NCBI RefSeq assembly: GCF_003704095.1
Contig: NW_020845065.1
Coordinates: 1-64,000 of the forward strand
DNA: 64,000 bases
Reading direction: 5' to 3'
Origin: Pocillopora damicornis
Lineage: Eukaryota
Shown here: positions 61,207 through 64,000 of the stretch, one piece after another
Position numbering within the stretch: position 1 is the stretch's first letter
How the letters are laid out: every line of letters starts with the position of its first letter
Notes under the pieces: model-generated
Told to the model about the DNA's origin: nothing
Database searches by the model: none
The model's input: the letters and a program-made list of their open reading frames with translations, nothing else
Translations under genes and position numbers: made by a program

Positions 61207-63745
61207 CAATTTGATATTTCCTATGCTCAACTAAGTGCAGCTGGTTTTAAAATGAAATCCAATCCAGTAAAATGGGAAACTATGCATCTCAGTATAACAT
61301 ATCCGATAAAGATTAATGAGAAAAGGATACTTCTGTCTATTTATTTTTTTAGAGGGGCCATCATGCATCAGTTTGTGACTCGCTCCGAGGGCCGACGAGA
61401 TTGTCTTCAGAAATGGTATTTCTGTGCTACAATTTGTTGCTTCCGCGAAAGTATCCTCGTTGCATTAGAAATAAAAAATCGCGCTTTCCAGCAGTAAGTT
61501 AGGTACTCGTGCCTACAAAGTATGCCTATCATTCGAGCTATAGGTAGATACATGTAGCTGTAAACAGTACATTAAGCGCTAAGATGTGAACTGAAGACAG
61601 TTGCAGACACAAGACTTACCGTTTGATGAGTCACAACAAGTCACGGAACTTAAAAGAACTTGGTAACATTTGTTCGAGGACGCTTAAATATTCCAACGAG
61701 CTGTCGAGGTTACTGTTTAAAACGACGCTATTTTTGTGTTCAACCATTTGCTTTTCTATATTCAGTGTGTACCTTGCTGTTTGGTCAAATGACTAAGGAT
61801 CGAGATATTGTTTACGCCCAGGCTCTGCCCTTTCTTGTACCCGTCTGAAAGCCTAGGCATTTTGCCAACGAAACTGAAAGCTTATACAGCGTTCAATTTC
61901 ACCAGCAGAAGATGTCAAACCTCAATATCTATCAGGAATACAATTGTGTCAATAATCTTGAGATCAGCGTAAACAGAAACGGGCCAAAGTACGCATGGGT
62001 TACCAAACTGGCTCAGAATTTGTATCTAATTTTGGGCATGCAATAGGGACCCGATTGACATAAAGGTATTATTAGAGTCACTGTTGTTAATCGGCTTTCT
62101 AAAGGGTCTACAGGAGATAATTATAATTTGCATGGGCATATTCACCCCCTGGAGAAGACTTTTGATTTTTTCACTCCTCCTTCAGCTCGTTTTTTAGTTG
62201 TGTAGATGTCTCCCTGACCCATGATTTCTTTGTAATCATTTATAATGAGAAGGCAATGTTTTCTAATGACTGAAAAGTTCATATGTCACGCAATAGCTAT
62301 GAAATTTAGGCAAATTTGTATTCCTCTTGATTTACCTTAGTCACTTAGCCGTGCGTGTAGTTTTCTTACCAAAATAATAACTAGGCTAGTGCAGTTATAG
62401 ACAATATGGTTCCATTTTCTTCCGTACGAAAACCGTAAGCCTAAAATGAGCAATATCGCACGTTTTCGTGGGGCCCTTGCTTTCAATCCTCATTCACTAA
62501 CAGAACCACCAGGTTATACTACTTATTATAAAATGAAAAGGGCAACGGGACTTTCCGAGGTGTCAACCTATACTAGATCCAACCTTCAAATTTAATCGGC
62601 CGTTTTTTCATTTCGAACGAAAGAGGAATACCGACTGGTCACGTGATAAACTGAGTTTTGGCGATCCCCTAGTAAAGGCCCAGTAAAAGGTAAACAAAAT
62701 GAAATAAGTGATAGAGACTGTCATCGAGACAAGTAAGGCAGAGTTGGTAAGCAAGTATCTGTCGAGAATTGTCGTCGAGCTTGCAAATCATGGATTGTTT
62801 CTGTTGCCTTTTCGAAGGAAGGTGGACAAGCGCGAGTGGAAAAATCCACGAGACACTCACGCGTGCTTTCACGTTTCAGCTTTTGCCTCGTTTTGAGACA
62901 GAGGCCAGTGAGAGTGTGGCGCCAAATATTACCCAGAGCTCAAATAGTGCTTTTGATATATTGTCACGTTTTTATGAATATTTTATCATTTACATTATTT
63001 CTCCTATTGAAACGAGGGGTACAATAGAAATGACAACAAATCTTATACCATCATCATAAGACCACAAGAAAAATGGTAGGTTTGTTTATGTTCAATGCTC
63101 GATGTTGTTCGCACCATCGCAACCGTTTCTCTCGTCTCTCGAAGTGAAGTTCGGCAATCTTTCGTTCTGACTCATTAGTCTCTTTCGGAAGAAGTATGAT
63201 TGAGAATAAGGAAATGAACTTGGTACTTTCGGTTTAGAAAAGCTAATATGATTAAGCGTTCTTTCGTACACTACGGACCGACTTTTCCTTCTTTTATTGA
63301 TTTATTCAAATGAAAATAAACGAAATTATGTCCAGTTCTACTGTGGGTTCAGCTAGAGTTGATATTGATGCAAGCTTTGCAAAATACTGCATTGGCTAAT
63401 AGTTGAAGCACAGACATTTCACTGTGCTCTGAAATTTTTAAGTTTTTCTGTATCATGAACCTGTCATTCATGAAAATATAGCCGTTGGTAAAGCATAATA
63501 TACGTTGATCAGGGAAAACATTGGTCTAAATAAGTGACTACTACATAAATAATTATTATGGTGAACGTGAAGTCTGTTCTTTCATTGTTTATATTTAACA
63601 GGCTTTGTTTCATGCGAATCTATGCCTAGTCTTGCTGCAATTCGATAACATTGAAATCGCTGAGATGCATAGTTTCCCATTTTATTGGATTGGATTTCAT
63701 TTTAAAACCAGCTGCACTTAGTTGAGCATATGAAATATCAAATTG
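61207..63745. repeat. 86-bp inverted repeat pair (61207-61292 and 63660-63745), 84/86 identical
   Basis: CAATTTGATATTTCCTATGCTCAACTAAGTGCAGCTGG...GAAACTATGCATCTCAG and its reverse complement, with two mismatches. Confidence 0.93.
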
Positions 63746-64000
63746 CACCCACGCCAAATTTTGATCGTTCGCTAAAGAGAGATAAGCTTACTTTTTGAAC
63801 CTAAAGAAAATGGCAGTTAACGTTTTTTATTTCCTCGGTACATTAGGTGTTTAAGAACTTAAGATTTAAAATATCCCTTTATTAAAAGTTCAGAGACGTT
63901 ATTTTGATGCACAATTGTGTATGTTTCTGTTGTTACTTTGAGCTTTTAAGTTTTTCGTTATGTTAAATTAAATGTTGATTATTTATGATGGATAAAATAT

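Noticed and set aside
62708-63059. Cluster of overlapping short ORFs
   Set aside because: No recognisable domain or consistent splice chain; more likely promoter or UTR sequence.

Overview
Eukaryotic, AT-rich, intron-dense animal DNA; the gene content and repeat landscape look like a scleractinian coral or other anthozoan (inference). Gene models were assembled by hand from splice signals and reading-frame continuity. In order: (1) a single-exon class A GPCR (1712-2764,+) facing, across a 100-N gap, an inverted diverged copy of itself that has lost almost the whole CDS by a 924-bp microhomology deletion; (2) a 3-exon secreted Cys-rich prepropeptide gene (6689->4899,-), most of which the ORF track misses; (3) MNS1 (-), head-to-head with (4) a two-RRM RBPMS/couch potato/MEC-8-family gene (+) whose leader is packed with GCAC motifs; (5,6) two tandem MFSD6-like transporters (+); (7) a convergent GH31 alpha-glucosidase with C-terminal-MGAM-type signatures and a GPI-like tail (-); (8) an APH/choline-kinase-like phosphotransferase (-). 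The window also has MITE-like and Penelope-like repeats, a ~90-bp minisatellite and an unexplained 86-bp inverted repeat pair near the right end. The best novelty candidates are the Cys-rich peptide, the GCAC-rich leader (possible autoregulation), the GPI-type Ct-MGAM-like enzyme beside two sugar-permease-like MFS genes, and the GPCR mirror duplication. Exon coordinates are hand-derived and no database searches were run.
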